Source: Vicugna vicugna (Eukaryota). Taken from it: DNA of 64,000 bases. Location: assembly GCA_013265495.1 (NCBI GenBank), contig MU057981.1, positions 205,931-269,930 of the forward strand, in the 5' to 3' direction. The notes beneath the pieces were generated by a model, which had not been told where the DNA came from, ran no database searches, and worked only from the letters and a program-made list of their open reading frames with translations. Each line of letters opens with the position of its first letter. The first letter of the stretch is position 1. Shown piece after piece: positions 36,845 through 49,000 of the stretch. Made by a program: the position numbers and the translations under genes.

Positions 36845-36933
36845 CTTATTTTATTTTTATGAAAGTACTGAGGATTGAAGCCAGGACCTTGTGCATGCTA
36901 AACAGGTGCTCTACAACTGAGTAATACCCACCC
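36845..36933 (-). mobile_element. tRNA-derived SINE (Vic-1-like)
   Basis: gtactgaggattgaagccaggaccttgtgcatgctaaacaggtgctctacaactgag, homologous to 20271-20342. Confidence 0.7.
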
Positions 36934-37793
36934 TCCTTGTCTGCACTTACAAATAAATATTGCAATACACAAAATAGCTCTTAAACACCATCCTGGGACC
37001 TATTTTCTGTATAGACAATTGAATACATATGCTATTTCTATAAGAATAAATGTTGTTGGGACATACCTTTCTGAATCTTTTAACATGTTTAAAAACGATC
37101 ATAGGTAGTGATAAACACGAATCTTAGATCCAGTATTTCTTAGGTCTGTTTTGCCATCATAGGGAATTACATTCTGCAGATAAGGCTAATTGGGTCTCGT
37201 TGATATTTGGATGGGTTAGCAGATAATCAAGGCTTTCAAAAGCTGACAGTTTTGTATTTTAAACTAACTACAGAGTTATCTTCTAGAAGTTGGAAGTCCT
37301 AAGATTGTGAAGTGCCCAGCAATTCAGTGTGTATGTGTCTATGTCGCTGTGAACGTGTGTGTGTGTAATTTCAGGAAGGTAGAAATAAGTTCCATATAGC
37401 CTTCTGATACCTTTCTCCTCCAGTTCAAGGTGTAGGCATATATTTACACAAATAAACTGATATTCTTTTGTCATTTGGCATATTGGTGGGAATAAGAGGT
37501 TCTCATACGTGTTTCAGAAGGGTTGGGGAGCATGAGCTTAGAAAATGGGAGGAGAAAGACAGGGAGGCACTTTACACTTTGGCAGGATATGAGAAAAAGT
37601 AGCTTTTCTTTTTTCTTCAAAAGCAAACTGGCACTGAATTGTAACATACTATTACACAGAATTGCTTTTCTGATCAGATACAATTGCCTCAGATTTTTCA
37701 AGGCAATATGAATGATGAAATGTGTTTTAGCAGTTATCTTTAAAAGTAATTTTATTTTTCAAATAAAAGGCCATAGCTTGTTATTTCTTTCAG

Positions 37794-37820
37794 CGGTACA
37801 AGAAGTTCTCATTGATCTAA
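37794..37820 (+). pseudogene. TRAPPC9: TRAPPC9 pseudogene 27-nt micro-exon (exon 5 equivalent)
   Basis: ttctttcag|cg gta caa gaa gtt ctc att gat cta a gives VQEVLIDL versus human AQEVLIDP. The donor GT is displaced by 1 nt. Confidence 0.75.
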
Positions 37821-40489
37821 TGTACATGATCAATGTGCTTAGTTTCTTTGGTTTTTTTGTTTGTTTTTTTTTAAATGCTTGTTTCATTGTGGTGTGAATG
37901 AATGTTTAAAATTTCTGGATTTAGATCTTTAGAACATGCTGATTTATCAGAACTGTTAAAAACCTGATTTATGTTTGGTCCTTGTGTGGTGGGGCACCCT
38001 ACTGATTTATGTTGTCTGTTAAAGAGGGAAATTCTTCCTCTAGCCTGCAGATCATTAAGTGAATGGTTTGCAGTGTGCCTTTAAAATTCTTTGAATGAGT
38101 TGAGCATGTTTGTCCAGTGAATTTTGAATTGACTCATAGTAATGACTTTGCTTTGATTCTGTGGCTTTTGCTCCTCTCCACATGAATTTGAATTCTCTGT
38201 TGCATTTTGTATACGTGTTCTTAACAGGGGAATAAATTTTTCATTTTTTACAGAGTTGGGTTTTCCTATCCCCTCTGAATGCCTTCTGTAAATAATACAG
38301 CAAAAATCTCTTATTGCAGTGCTTAATTATTTCATAAACTATTTTTTGGCTTAATCAGAAACAATGACAAAGAGTGATAATAAAAAATATGAAAACCTTC
38401 CTTCCTTTGAGGAATAGAAATCAGGTGGTCAGGCTCACGCATGCTTTGTGCCTGACACCCTTAATTTCATGTCATTATGTATCATGATTTGGAGATGGAG
38501 TTGCTTCAGGTTTGTAGATATTTGTTTTAACATTTGTGTCGAATTCTTTCTCTAGGCTGATGTTTCCTGTTGGGTTTGTGGAAAGTGTAGAAGAAGGGAA
38601 ACAAATGCTTTGTTTTGTTTTCAGGAGGCCTGAGCTGCTGATGAGAAAAGAGTTGAGGGTGGGCTGAGGAACAGAGTGACACCCCCTCTCCTCCCGGCTG
38701 AAACTGATGAACAATGAAATCAATGAGATGTATCGGTATTTGACCAATAGAAGTCAGAGAGCCCAGACTGGCTAGTTATGCCCAATGGAAAGTACTGAAT
38801 TCACCTGCAGAATTAAGTGCTTTACCAATTAGAAGCAGCTTAGAGCAATCAGAAAAATCAGTCCTATGATGAGATATAAAAAAAATGTAATATCTTTTTT
38901 TCTGAAACTTTTCTACGTTAAGTTGTGTAGAGTTAAAATTAAGTTTCAAGCGCTGAGAGTTAAGAGTGTGGGTGGTTCTGTGGGATCATTATTCAGGGAT
39001 GTGCCTAGACCCTGCTAGAGTGGCTGAAGCTGGCAGGAAAAGACCCAGAGCCAGGATTTGTCATCCCAGGGTGTTCTACATAATGGTTCCATGTGGGAGC
39101 CCATGATTGGGTTAACAAATTGTAACAGACCCCAGCCACCTGTCAACTTTAAGAAAAAAAATGTGCTTAGTAACTGCTTTGCAAGCAGGCACCTGTGCAT
39201 CCTCACTCCTGTCTCCTTGCTGTAAAATGCAGAGACAATGCCTTGCTTGCATAGTTGAGGTTTTAGATAGCACTCTGCTCATTGCACAGCAATGACCCAG
39301 GCCCTCAGCTATAAACGTTGGGCTTGTGTGCTGTTAGATAGCCTGTTATCCCCAAAACAAGGACCTGGCTGGTCTGGTGGTCTGCTGTGTAATTCACATA
39401 TCTAAAAATGTATCTTGTTCCCCTCACCCCATGACTTCCCTAAAGATACACTAAGCCTTTATACTCATTGTGGATTGTACAATCTGTCTCATCTTGTCTT
39501 TCCTCACGTTCCTGCTTACTATCACACAACTGTTAATGACTATTTCCTTTGATTATACACAATAAATATGGGAGCATTTGAGAGGCTTGTGGAGCTGGCT
39601 CCCTACTCCCTCTCGCTTTCTTGACTTTTTCCACTGTCTTGAGTAATTCATTCCGTGTTGGCAAGACTTCTGCCAGCCAGAACCCACAGTTCCAGTTGAG
39701 AAGGATGGAGGCTTTATCTCTCCTACCCGAGGGAGAGAAAGAAGAGAATTGATATCTGCTCCCCTGTGGTCCCTTCCTGCCCCAGGACCAATCCAGTTCA
39801 CCTGCAGCCTTCTGGCCTCTGCTCACAGGGCCTCTGTCCCAGGAATGACCGCAGCCTTTTCTTCCCTTGTCAACATTTCCTGTACCTTTCAGAAGTTGGT
39901 CTCTTCTCTGAAATTCAACCCTGGCAGATGTGATGGTGGTCAGCGTGCTGGTGGGCAGTCACCTGGGGACTCCCAGGAGCCATGCTGCTTCCCCTGAGTC
40001 TCTCATTCGGGGTTACAGAACTGTCGAGCACCAGAGGAAGCCCATTCACGTGAGGTCAACACAGCATTGAATCACTATCATCTTATTTTTAATTTTCAGT
40101 GGAGAAATTATTTGTAGCAAACTGTTCCAGATTTTTGGCCGCCTGCTTCCGTCACCACCATTTCTTTTTTTGGCTCTGGTGCTTGTTTTAAGAACCAGGT
40201 TTCTTCTCTGGTCATTTCTAGCAGCTGGCTTGCCGAATCCTTGATCTGCATTTGAAGTAGAATGCTTCTTCGTGATGTCACACTGATTTTCCTTGTCATT
40301 TCTGAATATTTTGTGTACATTCAACAACTGTTTCAAGTGCAATGTTCTTGTCCAATTTCGGTTAACTCATATTTGCTGATCTCCTGCTTTCATGCTGAGG
40401 GCAGTTTCTTCTTCCTGTAATAAAAGTTAGCAATTTGCATTTACTATGGGAAGGTATTGGCCCGAGGTGCTTTTGTTCTTAATAGTTCT

Positions 40490-40852
40490 AATGCAATTCA
40501 CCCATTAAAATGTACAGCGAGTTTTACTCTATGCCAGGAATTGTGCATCACAGACAATCTTAGAACATTTTCATCCCCCCAACAGGAACCCCTGTACCCA
40601 TAAACTGTCATTCCCATCTTCCCCATTCTCCCCCAGCCCCAGGGAGCCACTCGTCTCTCTCTGTGGATTTGCCTGTGCTGGACATTTCATGTAAATGGAA
40701 CCATCTATTGTGACTGATTTCTTTCACACTGAGTAACATTTACAATGTTTGTCCAAGTTGTGGCCTGAGTCAGTACTGTATGATTTGCTATTGCTGAATA
40801 ATATTCCACTGCATGGCTGGGGCCTTCTGTTTACCTATTCATCAGGTGATAG
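40490..40852 (-). mobile_element. Old L1M 3' fragment, left of ERV-B
   Basis: tggatttgcctgtgctggacatttcatgtaaatggaa...ttcatcaggtgatag. Continues at 45373. Confidence 0.75.
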
Positions 40853-41708
40853 TGTGAAGGAAAAGCTGGGCTCGTCTAACAAGATAACTCACAGGTCTAG
40901 GAATGTGAAGGAGAGGCTGGGCTGGGATAACAAGATAACTCACAAATCTAAGGCTCGAGTTTGTAGCTTCAAGGCATTCTACGGAGTTAGAGTGAGTCCC
41001 AACCTGCGGTTCCCTGGTGATCTCATACAGCTCAGGGCGGTATTGGTCCCTCAGGGTCCCGATCAGAGTCAGCGGCTTTTACTGACTCGCCAAAGCTAAG
41101 AGGCACCTTCGTCCCCGTGAGGGGATTGGCCAGGTGCATGCAACAAAAACCCTTCCTTGTCTTGTCTGTGACACCAGCACAGGGTGGCTACACTGGGAGG
41201 GAAAAGGACATAGACAGCCAATGAGTCAACTCCCCTTTGCCCTCGGAGGCTAGGATGCTATTTCTTTGAGATAGTCTACCACCTGATTCTGTCACAGAAC
41301 ACCCAAAACTTATTGTTCCCCTACTGGACTGACCCAAGTAGTGCCCCTTTTGCCTAGCCTCAGACCCCCAGGACTCAAGTTTAGAAGATGAATTCCTTCA
41401 GGACTGGGCTCACCCGGCCTCAGAGGTCCCTTTTCTAGTCCATTTGTTTTACCATCTGCCATCAGTCCCACGCCCCTGTTACGTTAGTTCAGGATATAGA
41501 GAGGATTTAATGAAGAAAGTCCCTGGAACTGCTTGAGGCCTTGAGCTCCAGAGACATCAGCTGTGACTGGAACCCAGAATCCCTGACCAAATTAGCCTTC
41601 AAACAAGTCATAGACCCAGCAAGAGAGCAGTCTCTCTGGGAACTCCGGTGTTTTGAGGAGTGAAGAAAGAAAAGATATAAAGGCTACCTTCCCAAACATC
41701 TAAAAAGA

Positions 41709-43253
41709 ATGGGAGGCCCTAAGTCGAAACCCCCCACTCTAGACTGCATGATTAAGAATTTCAAAAAGGGATTCCCAGGAAACTATGGAATTCGAATGAC
41801 CCCTGGCAGGCTCCGCAATTTGTGTGAGCTTGAATGGCCGGCCTTTGGAGTTGGGTGGCCCTCAGGAGGAACTCTGGACCTAGCAACAGTGCGAGCAGTC
41901 TATCAAATAATCAGTGGAACCCCAGGCCACCCAGATCAATTCCCTTACACTGACTCCTGGCTGAATATCACCCAGACTCTACCCCCCCATGGATTCGGTT
42001 CTGCTCAAATGGACCTGGTCAATGCAAGATATTAGCAGCTCAGCTGGTCCAGGCCCAAAAGGACAGATTAAAAAAAAAATCTATTTTCCAGGGAAACACA
42101 GAGAACAAAATGTGCCTGCCCCCTCTGTATGCTCCCGGGGCACCAACACCTCCCCAAACTGAGGACCCAGAGGCAGAGCCCAGCCCCCAGCCTGAGCTGG
42201 TAGGAAGGAGACTCCGCTCAGCACAAGCCAGGAAGCCAGCACCACCGGCCCTCCAAATGCTGCTGCGGGAGACACAAGGGCCACAACAAGTTGGGGAAAA
42301 CGGAACTGTTCAGCCCGGGCACCCCTTACTCTGCTACCAACCCTTTATCACCACAGACCTTCTCAACTGGCGCCATCATATTCCTTCCTACTCCGAAAAG
42401 CCGCAGGCTATGATTGACCTCGTAGAGTCTATCTTCCATTCACACCGGCCCACCAGGGAAGATATCTGCCAGCTGCTTCTGACTGTTTTCAATACAGAGG
42501 AGAGGAGACACATTCTCACTGAAGTACAAAAATGGAGGCAGGGCCGAGCCCCTGGGGACACAATGGATGTTGAGGGATGGGCCATGACACATTCCCCTGA
42601 CAATTAATTGGGACATTAACACCAAACAAGGAAGAGAAGTGCTGCGTGAATACCAGGAGGCCATCCTACAGGGGCTAAGAGCGGGAGCCAAGAAGCCAAC
42701 TAACATGTCTAAAATGACCACGGTGACCCAGAGGCCAGATGGTACCCCCACTGACTTCTATGAGAGACTGTGTGAAGCATTCCGAGTCTACACTCCTTTT
42801 GATCCTGAGGCCCAAGACAACCAGCAGATGGTCAACGCTGCCTTCGTAGCCCAGTCATACCCAGATATACGCCAGAAACTCCAAAAACTGGATGGATTCG
42901 CAGGGATGAATGCTACACAGCTGCTGGAGGTAGCAAACAAAGTTTTTGTAAACCGAGAATGGGAAGCCCAAAGAGAAGCAGAACAGCGAATGAAGCAGAA
43001 AGCCGCACCCCTTGCAGTAGCCCTGGGGAAAACAAGCTTCAGCTAGAATCCTGCACCACCCCGGAAGAGGGGACCCGAACCATGGATGCCCCTGGGCTGA
43101 GATCTGTGCGCATACTGCCGGGAGACAGGACACTGGAAGGACAAGTGCCCAAAGAGAAAGGATGGAAAGAGAGCACCCCCCAAAATGGCTACTTAGCAGC
43201 TGGAGCCACCAGCCAGTAATCATATCGGACTGGCTGGGGTTGACTCAGAATAG
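41709..43253 (+). pseudogene. gag: ERV-B gag, frameshifted, ending in amber TAG (43251-43253)
   Basis: ORFs 41709-42035, 42110-42607 and 42639-43046. Zinc knuckle CAYCRETGHWKDKC. Uninterrupted SYSEKPQAMIDL at the site where ERV-A has the insert. Confidence 0.94.
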
Positions 43254-43734
43254 GAGAGACCAGGCTCCCTGTCCCTGGGTCCCCGGGAGCTCAAGGTCAA
43301 GATGTTTTTAAGGGGGCCAACCAATGATTTTTATGGTAGACACAGGAGCAGAGTATTCTTTGGTGACCCAACCAGTAGCCCCCCTGATCCAGAAAAAGGT
43401 GACTATTATAGGGACTACTGGGGACTCAACTGCCCACCATTTCTGCCAACCACGATCCTGTCAAGTAGTGACACATGCCGTTATTCACTGTAAAGGACCA
43501 TATTTAGTGGTATTAACCAACTCTACAGCTGTTAAAGTTGCAGGAATCACCCCTTGGATCCACCACTCCAGGGTTAAGAGAGCGACTTCACCTCAGACAG
43601 AGGGTCCCTGGAAAACTGAGAGTGTCCCGGGAGACCCGCTCAAGATCAAGGTCAAGAGGGACCAGGAAAGGATCAACGAGCCCTGCTCTAGCCACACCCG
43701 GAGGCTGGCTAGTCAACGCACGGCCGAAGCTTGA
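43254..43734 (+). pseudogene. pol: ERV-B protease fused to an RNase H scrap and the integrase C-terminus
   Basis: MVDTGAEYS...VTH/AVIHCKG/PYLVVLTNSTAVKVAGITPWIHHSRVK. RT and the IN core are absent. Confidence 0.9.
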
Positions 43735-44402
43735 GGAAAGTTCAACGAAGTTGTTAAATGTATCTCTTTTGTGCTCCCTTGCCTCTTTCCTTGTTTGCTA
43801 CACTAGTCTGTGTACTAGCAGTGGGGCTAGCTAGGGTCACCCCACCTGACTGGAACATAGGCCATAGAATCCTGATAGCTTTTTATATCTTGTTAAAATT
43901 AGTGTCATCACTGCAGCATCATGTCTAAGATAATCATAAGGCTGATGCTACTGACACTAATGCCCTCACTCTCCTTGACTGTAACTCCAGGGTTAAGAGA
44001 GCGACTTCACCTCAGACAGAGGGTCCCTGGAAAACTGAGAGTGTCCCGGGAGACCCGCTCAAGATCAAGGTCAAGAGGGACCAGGAAAGGATCAACGAGC
44101 CCTGCTCTAGCCACACCCGGAGGCTGGCTAGTCAACGCACGGCCGAAGCTTGAGGAAAGTTCAACGAAGTTGTTAAATGTATCTCTTTTGTGCTCCCTTG
44201 CCTCTTTCCTTGTTTGCTACACTAGTCTGTGTACTAGCAGTGGGGCTAGCTAGGGTCACTCCACCTGACTGGAACATAGGCCATAGAATCCTGATAGCTT
44301 TTTATATCTTGTTAAAATTAGTGCCATCACTGCAGCATCATGTCTAAGATAATCATAAGGCTGATGCTACTGACACTAATGCCCTCACTCTCCTTGACTG
44401 TA
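43565..44402 (+). repeat. 419-bp tandem duplication of the pol end/env start
   Basis: Copies 43565-43983 and 43984-44402. I see only two mismatches. Confidence 0.93.
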
Positions 44403-44928
44403 CAATGAACCTGCATGGAACCGGGTGACAAGTGGTCCATGAACCAACCAGTATTTTCAGCTTACAGGTGAATTCAGCCACGATCTCCAATGAATAGCTG
44501 AAACCCTGGGAACTCTGAAAAATCAGATTGACTCTTTGGCTGAGGTGATCTTACAAAACAGGAGGGGTCTGGACCTACTCACAGCCAAAGAGGGGGGACT
44601 ATGCCTCTTCCTAAATGAAGAGTGCTGTTTTTAAGCCAATCAATCAGGAATTGTCAGAGGAATGATTCAAGAGTTACAAGACCGAGTGGAAAAGAGAAAA
44701 CATATTTTAGATAAGAGCCCATGGACAGGCCCCTGGGACTGGACCTCCTGGCTGGCACTTTTCACAGGTCCCTTACTCCTGGTTTTTGCAGTTCTGCTGT
44801 TTGGGCCCTGTGTCCTAAACTTCCTGACCCACTTTGTCAGTGAGTGGATAGAGGGTATAAAACTTCAGATGTTAGCCTCCTATTATGAGCCCCTGCAACA
44901 GATAAATGATGATGCTTTCTCCAACTAG
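44340..44928 (+). pseudogene. env: ERV-B env remnant: putative signal peptide joined to TM
   Basis: MSKIIIRLMLLTLMPSLSLTVQ, then [27 protein letters not shown] and anchor WLALFTGPLLLVFAVLLFGPCVLN. Confidence 0.88.
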
Positions 44929-44955
44929 AGTTGTGAAAGCATCAAGAGGGGGGAA

Positions 44956-45368
44956 TGTGAAGGAGAGGCTGGGCTAAGCTAACAAGATAACTCACAAATC
45001 TAAGTATTGGAATACTGATCTGAGTTCTGCTAGACTAACTTGTAAATCTAGGTTAATTAGTGTTGGTTTGCTGTTCAATGTTTTTTACTAGCCAGCTGGG
45101 TTTTCAAAGATACATATCTGGCTTTGGAATGTTGGTTTGCTGCCCCCTGCCTCCACCTTTGTGATGATAATGCTGCTAAAGCTGTTCCATGCCTATTGGT
45201 CGAATACCTCAAGCTTGTACTTTACAGTATAAAACCTCATGCGCTTGTGTTGAAGGTGCTCAGAGCTTCGGAGCAGAAGCCCCTCTGAGCCCGCCGGCGT
45301 CATACGTCTGAGTACTCCAACCCTCCAAGTGGTGCTTGTTTCTTGACTGGCCTGTCGTTTCTGTAACA
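44956..45368 (+). mobile_element. ERV-B 3' LTR (413 bp, single U3 unit)
   Basis: Follows PPT aagaggggggaa. TGTGAAGGAG...CTGTAACA. Confidence 0.95.
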
Positions 45369-45372
45369 TTTC

Positions 45373-46010
45373 ACATTTGGGTTCTTTCTGCTTTTTGGCT
45401 GTGATGAGTAATGGTGCCGTGAACATTCCTGTAGGAGTTTTTATGTGGATATTTGTTTTCAGTTCTCTTACGTGTGTGCCCAGGAAGCAGAATTTCTGGG
45501 TCATTCAGAAACCAAGTGTTCAACACTCTGAGGACCTGCCAGGCTGCTTTCCAAAGTGGCCACGCTATGTTACTTCCTCACCAGCAAGGGCTGCGAGCTC
45601 CGCTTCCTCTATGTCCTCATTAGTGCTTGTTATTCTTTTTTTTATTGTAAACTATTGTAGTGAGTGTGAAGCGGTTTCTCCTAGTGGTTTTGACTTGATT
45701 TCCCTTACAGCTAATGATATTGAACATCGTTTCATTGTGCTTATTGGCCATTTGTATATTTTCCCTGAAAAATATCTTTTCAGATCCTTTATTCATTTTT
45801 TAATTGAGTTGCTTTTATTATGTTGTAGGAATTTTTCTTTTAATTTGGAGATACAAATACCTAATCAGATAAATGATTTGAAAAAATTTTTCTCCTGTGT
45901 GTTGTTTTTTTTACTTTCTGGATGGTGTCCTTTGAAGCAAAGTTTTAAATTTTGATGAACTCCAATTTATCCCTGTTTTCTTTGTTCCTTGTGCTTTTGG
46001 GGTAATATTT
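45373..46010 (-). mobile_element. Old L1M fragment, right of ERV-B
   Basis: acatttgggttc..gtgaacattc..ggccatttgtatattttccctgaaaaatatc..ttttaaattttgatgaactccaatttatc. Confidence 0.8.
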
Positions 46011-49000
46011 AAAATCTGAGGTATTTTATTTAAACTTTTATATATAAAATAACTTAATTCTTAGGACTGTTCTAGGAGACGGATGCTGTTGTTGTCCCCA
46101 GTCTATGGATCGGAGACTGAGATGCAGAAAATTTCACTGACATATCAGTGTCACAGCTACCCAGTGCTGTGGGAGTTCAGACCCTCATGCTTGTCCCCAG
46201 CATCTGTGCTCTTCACCATGCTCCACTTCTTCCTGGAATCGTTAATGAAAAAGTCTTCCCTTTTTTGATTCCTTGTTAGTTTTTTTTCTCATTGAGGACC
46301 TCATCTCCTCATTTTGCTTGCAGAGATCAATGTAGGTTTATTTTAGGCCTCATGTAGGCAGAAGCATTGCTATAAGTTTAGTTCTTTATTACTCACTCTC
46401 CAGTGATGATTGTGGCTAATTGACCTAATCAAGTCATGCTTATGTCTTTCCTGCTCATGACACTAAAAACAGAGTCATAACTTACAGAATGCTCAAAGAA
46501 GAAAGTTCTTAATTGATTTTATTTTGCTAACCAATCAAATAAAATCCCACTGTTGACACAGATTATAAGCCCTCCAGAATAGGGTCACTGTCTTCCTTGT
46601 GTTTCATTTGTTTGGTCACAGTTTCTAGGTAGTGCCTTGCTGTCCAGCAGTATTGTTAGGATATGGTGCTCGTGAATCATTGTAAGAACAGAATTTTGAC
46701 AACACACTGTGTTGTTCATTTCATGAGGGAAAAGATAATATAGAAATATTGCTCAGATCTATTTTAAAATTAAGCTTAGAATTTTAAGAAGAGTTCAAGA
46801 AACCATACAAAGATTTTTTTCACTAATTTTAGATCTATATTAGACAAATTATGGTTACATAGCAGACTAACTTATCAACTAGATTTGACAGGAGGAGTGT
46901 ATTATTGATTATTTGTTTTAGTTGAAATATTCTACCTGGGATAAAGTAATAAGTGCCCATAAATGAACAAATTTGTATTTCTATGCAACATGGGAGCAGA
47001 CTTCATATATTTATATAAAATATATATGACTGTGTTTTAATCTGTCTGTCAGTGTTTTTATAGTTTTTCAGCAATGTTGTAACTTTAGAATTCTTCTAAG
47101 AAAATCACCCCCGATTCTAGTGCAGTTTGTACTGTGTATCCTGTCTTATGCATGGGATTCCACTGTCCCCTCAGTGAGGAATTTCCTCTCCTATTGAGTT
47201 AGTAGCAGAGTTAAAGGAACTGTGATTTCTAGGCCTTTGCTTTCCATGTGTTTGCAGTTGGCTGTCAGTCACGATTTTCCCTTTCTTGAGTTTTCATTGT
47301 TAAATAAGAATTTTTGAAAATAACTATTAATATGTTGCATCACTCTCCCTAGAAACTTGATGTGTTTGTGCTTTTCAGTTTTCAATTTATGAAAAATGTA
47401 AATGCACTCGTTTTTAAGTAGTGCTTTTTCACTAGATATTTGTTTACCTCTTTATAGTTAAAATATTTTTCCCCAATTTATGAATCAGTGTGCATATTTT
47501 AAAAGATACCTTGCTTTTTATTTTTCTTACTGTAACAGTTATATTCATTGTAGAGAATTTAGAAAATAAGGATAAACACAGTAATAACTTAAAAATAGCC
47601 TCTAATCTCACCTGTAGATACAGTTGTAAGGTTTGAAACTGAGAATTACAAGTCCTCTCACGTTGTTCTTGTTTTTCAAGTATGTTTTGGTTACTGAGAC
47701 CCTAGATTTCCCATATGAATTGTAGCAGCAGATAGTCAGTTTCTGCAGAGGAGCCCGCTGGGGTTGTGATCGAGACCACGTTGAATATACGGATCGCTCT
47801 GTGGAGCACTGCCACTCCAAGAGCGCTGTCTTCTGATCCAGGAATGTGCGTGGTGTGTCTGTCCAGGTATTTAGGACTTCTTTAGTTTTTTTTCAACAAT
47901 GCTTTGAGTTTACAGAGTATTATTTTACTTTTTTTTTCCCTTATACTGAGGACAAGTGTGCAATGTACCGGGATCAGAAGTGTTTGAGCCCCGCCACTTG
48001 TGCCACCATGGTCGCTGTGCTCTTGCTTCACTCTCTGTACAATCTTGCACAAAATAGGACCTCAGTAAAGCTCTCTTGAATGAATGATTATACGATTGTT
48101 GGATGATGCTTGAGAGTCATTGTGATGATTTTTTTCCCAGCCTTTCCCCACTTCTTAACTATGCCCTTTCTCTTCCTTTCCTCCAGCCTGGGTTTCAGCC
48201 TGCCTGTGGCACTGATTTTCCCTGTCTGTAGAATCTTCCTTTCACTGGTTCACGATAATATTACATGTGGGCTGTGGAAACTTGCTAGATTTCAAGAAAG
48301 AGCAAATCCATTCCATGGTAGTGTTTTTAGAGTGTGGTATTCTTTTATCGAATGAGATTAAATCAGGCTGACCCCCTGAGCCCTCCCGTGAGCTCTTTTC
48401 GGCTTCCTACAAGTGATAATGCTCTGGTTGCTGCCTGTGCCCTTCCCCCAGCCTTGGTTTTGGAGTTGAGTAAGTCACCATCAGTGGAGCCCTCTCTTTA
48501 AAAGATGAAGAGAACATTTGCTCCTTCTCCCTAGTCGGGGACTTGGATGAGATGAGGTACCATATAAAGAATGGAGCCCCACCTCATTCTGACCCCCGCT
48601 CTTTCCGTTACTTTCTCCAGGGGAAAATAGTACAATTCAACAGTATAAATATTGATTGTGAGCTAATGAGATAGACAAGACAACAGATCATTTATTAAAT
48701 ATCCTTTCATGCCGGAAACAAATGTATTATACACACAAAAGTCACACAAAGCACGGTAGTACTGTGGTTACAAACGTGGGTCCGAGTTCGAGTCCTGCTC
48801 TGGAGTGACCAGTCCTGAAAGATGGAGAACTGGTAGGTCAGCTTAGCCTCTCCCAGACTTGTTTTCTGTCCTGCAGAGACAGGGCTCACTAGGCGTCCCT
48901 CCCCCGTAGAGGTGCTGTGGGGTGTAAATGACGCACGTGGGCAGCCCAAGCACAGCTGCTTTTTCCTCATAAGTGCAGGATAGCATAGCTTTTGTGGTGA

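Larger units (their letters stand above)
40853..45368 (+). mobile_element. ERV-B: second, more deleted provirus of the ERV-A family, sense-oriented in the TRAPPC9 pseudogene intron
   Basis: Truncated 5' LTR (40853-~40951) fused to the leader with the PBS deleted, then gag, pro, IN tail, env fragments, PPT and 3' LTR. Confidence 0.96.

Noticed and set aside
45377..45955. 192-aa hydrophobic ORF
   Set aside because: Antisense reading of an old L1 fragment with no coding features.
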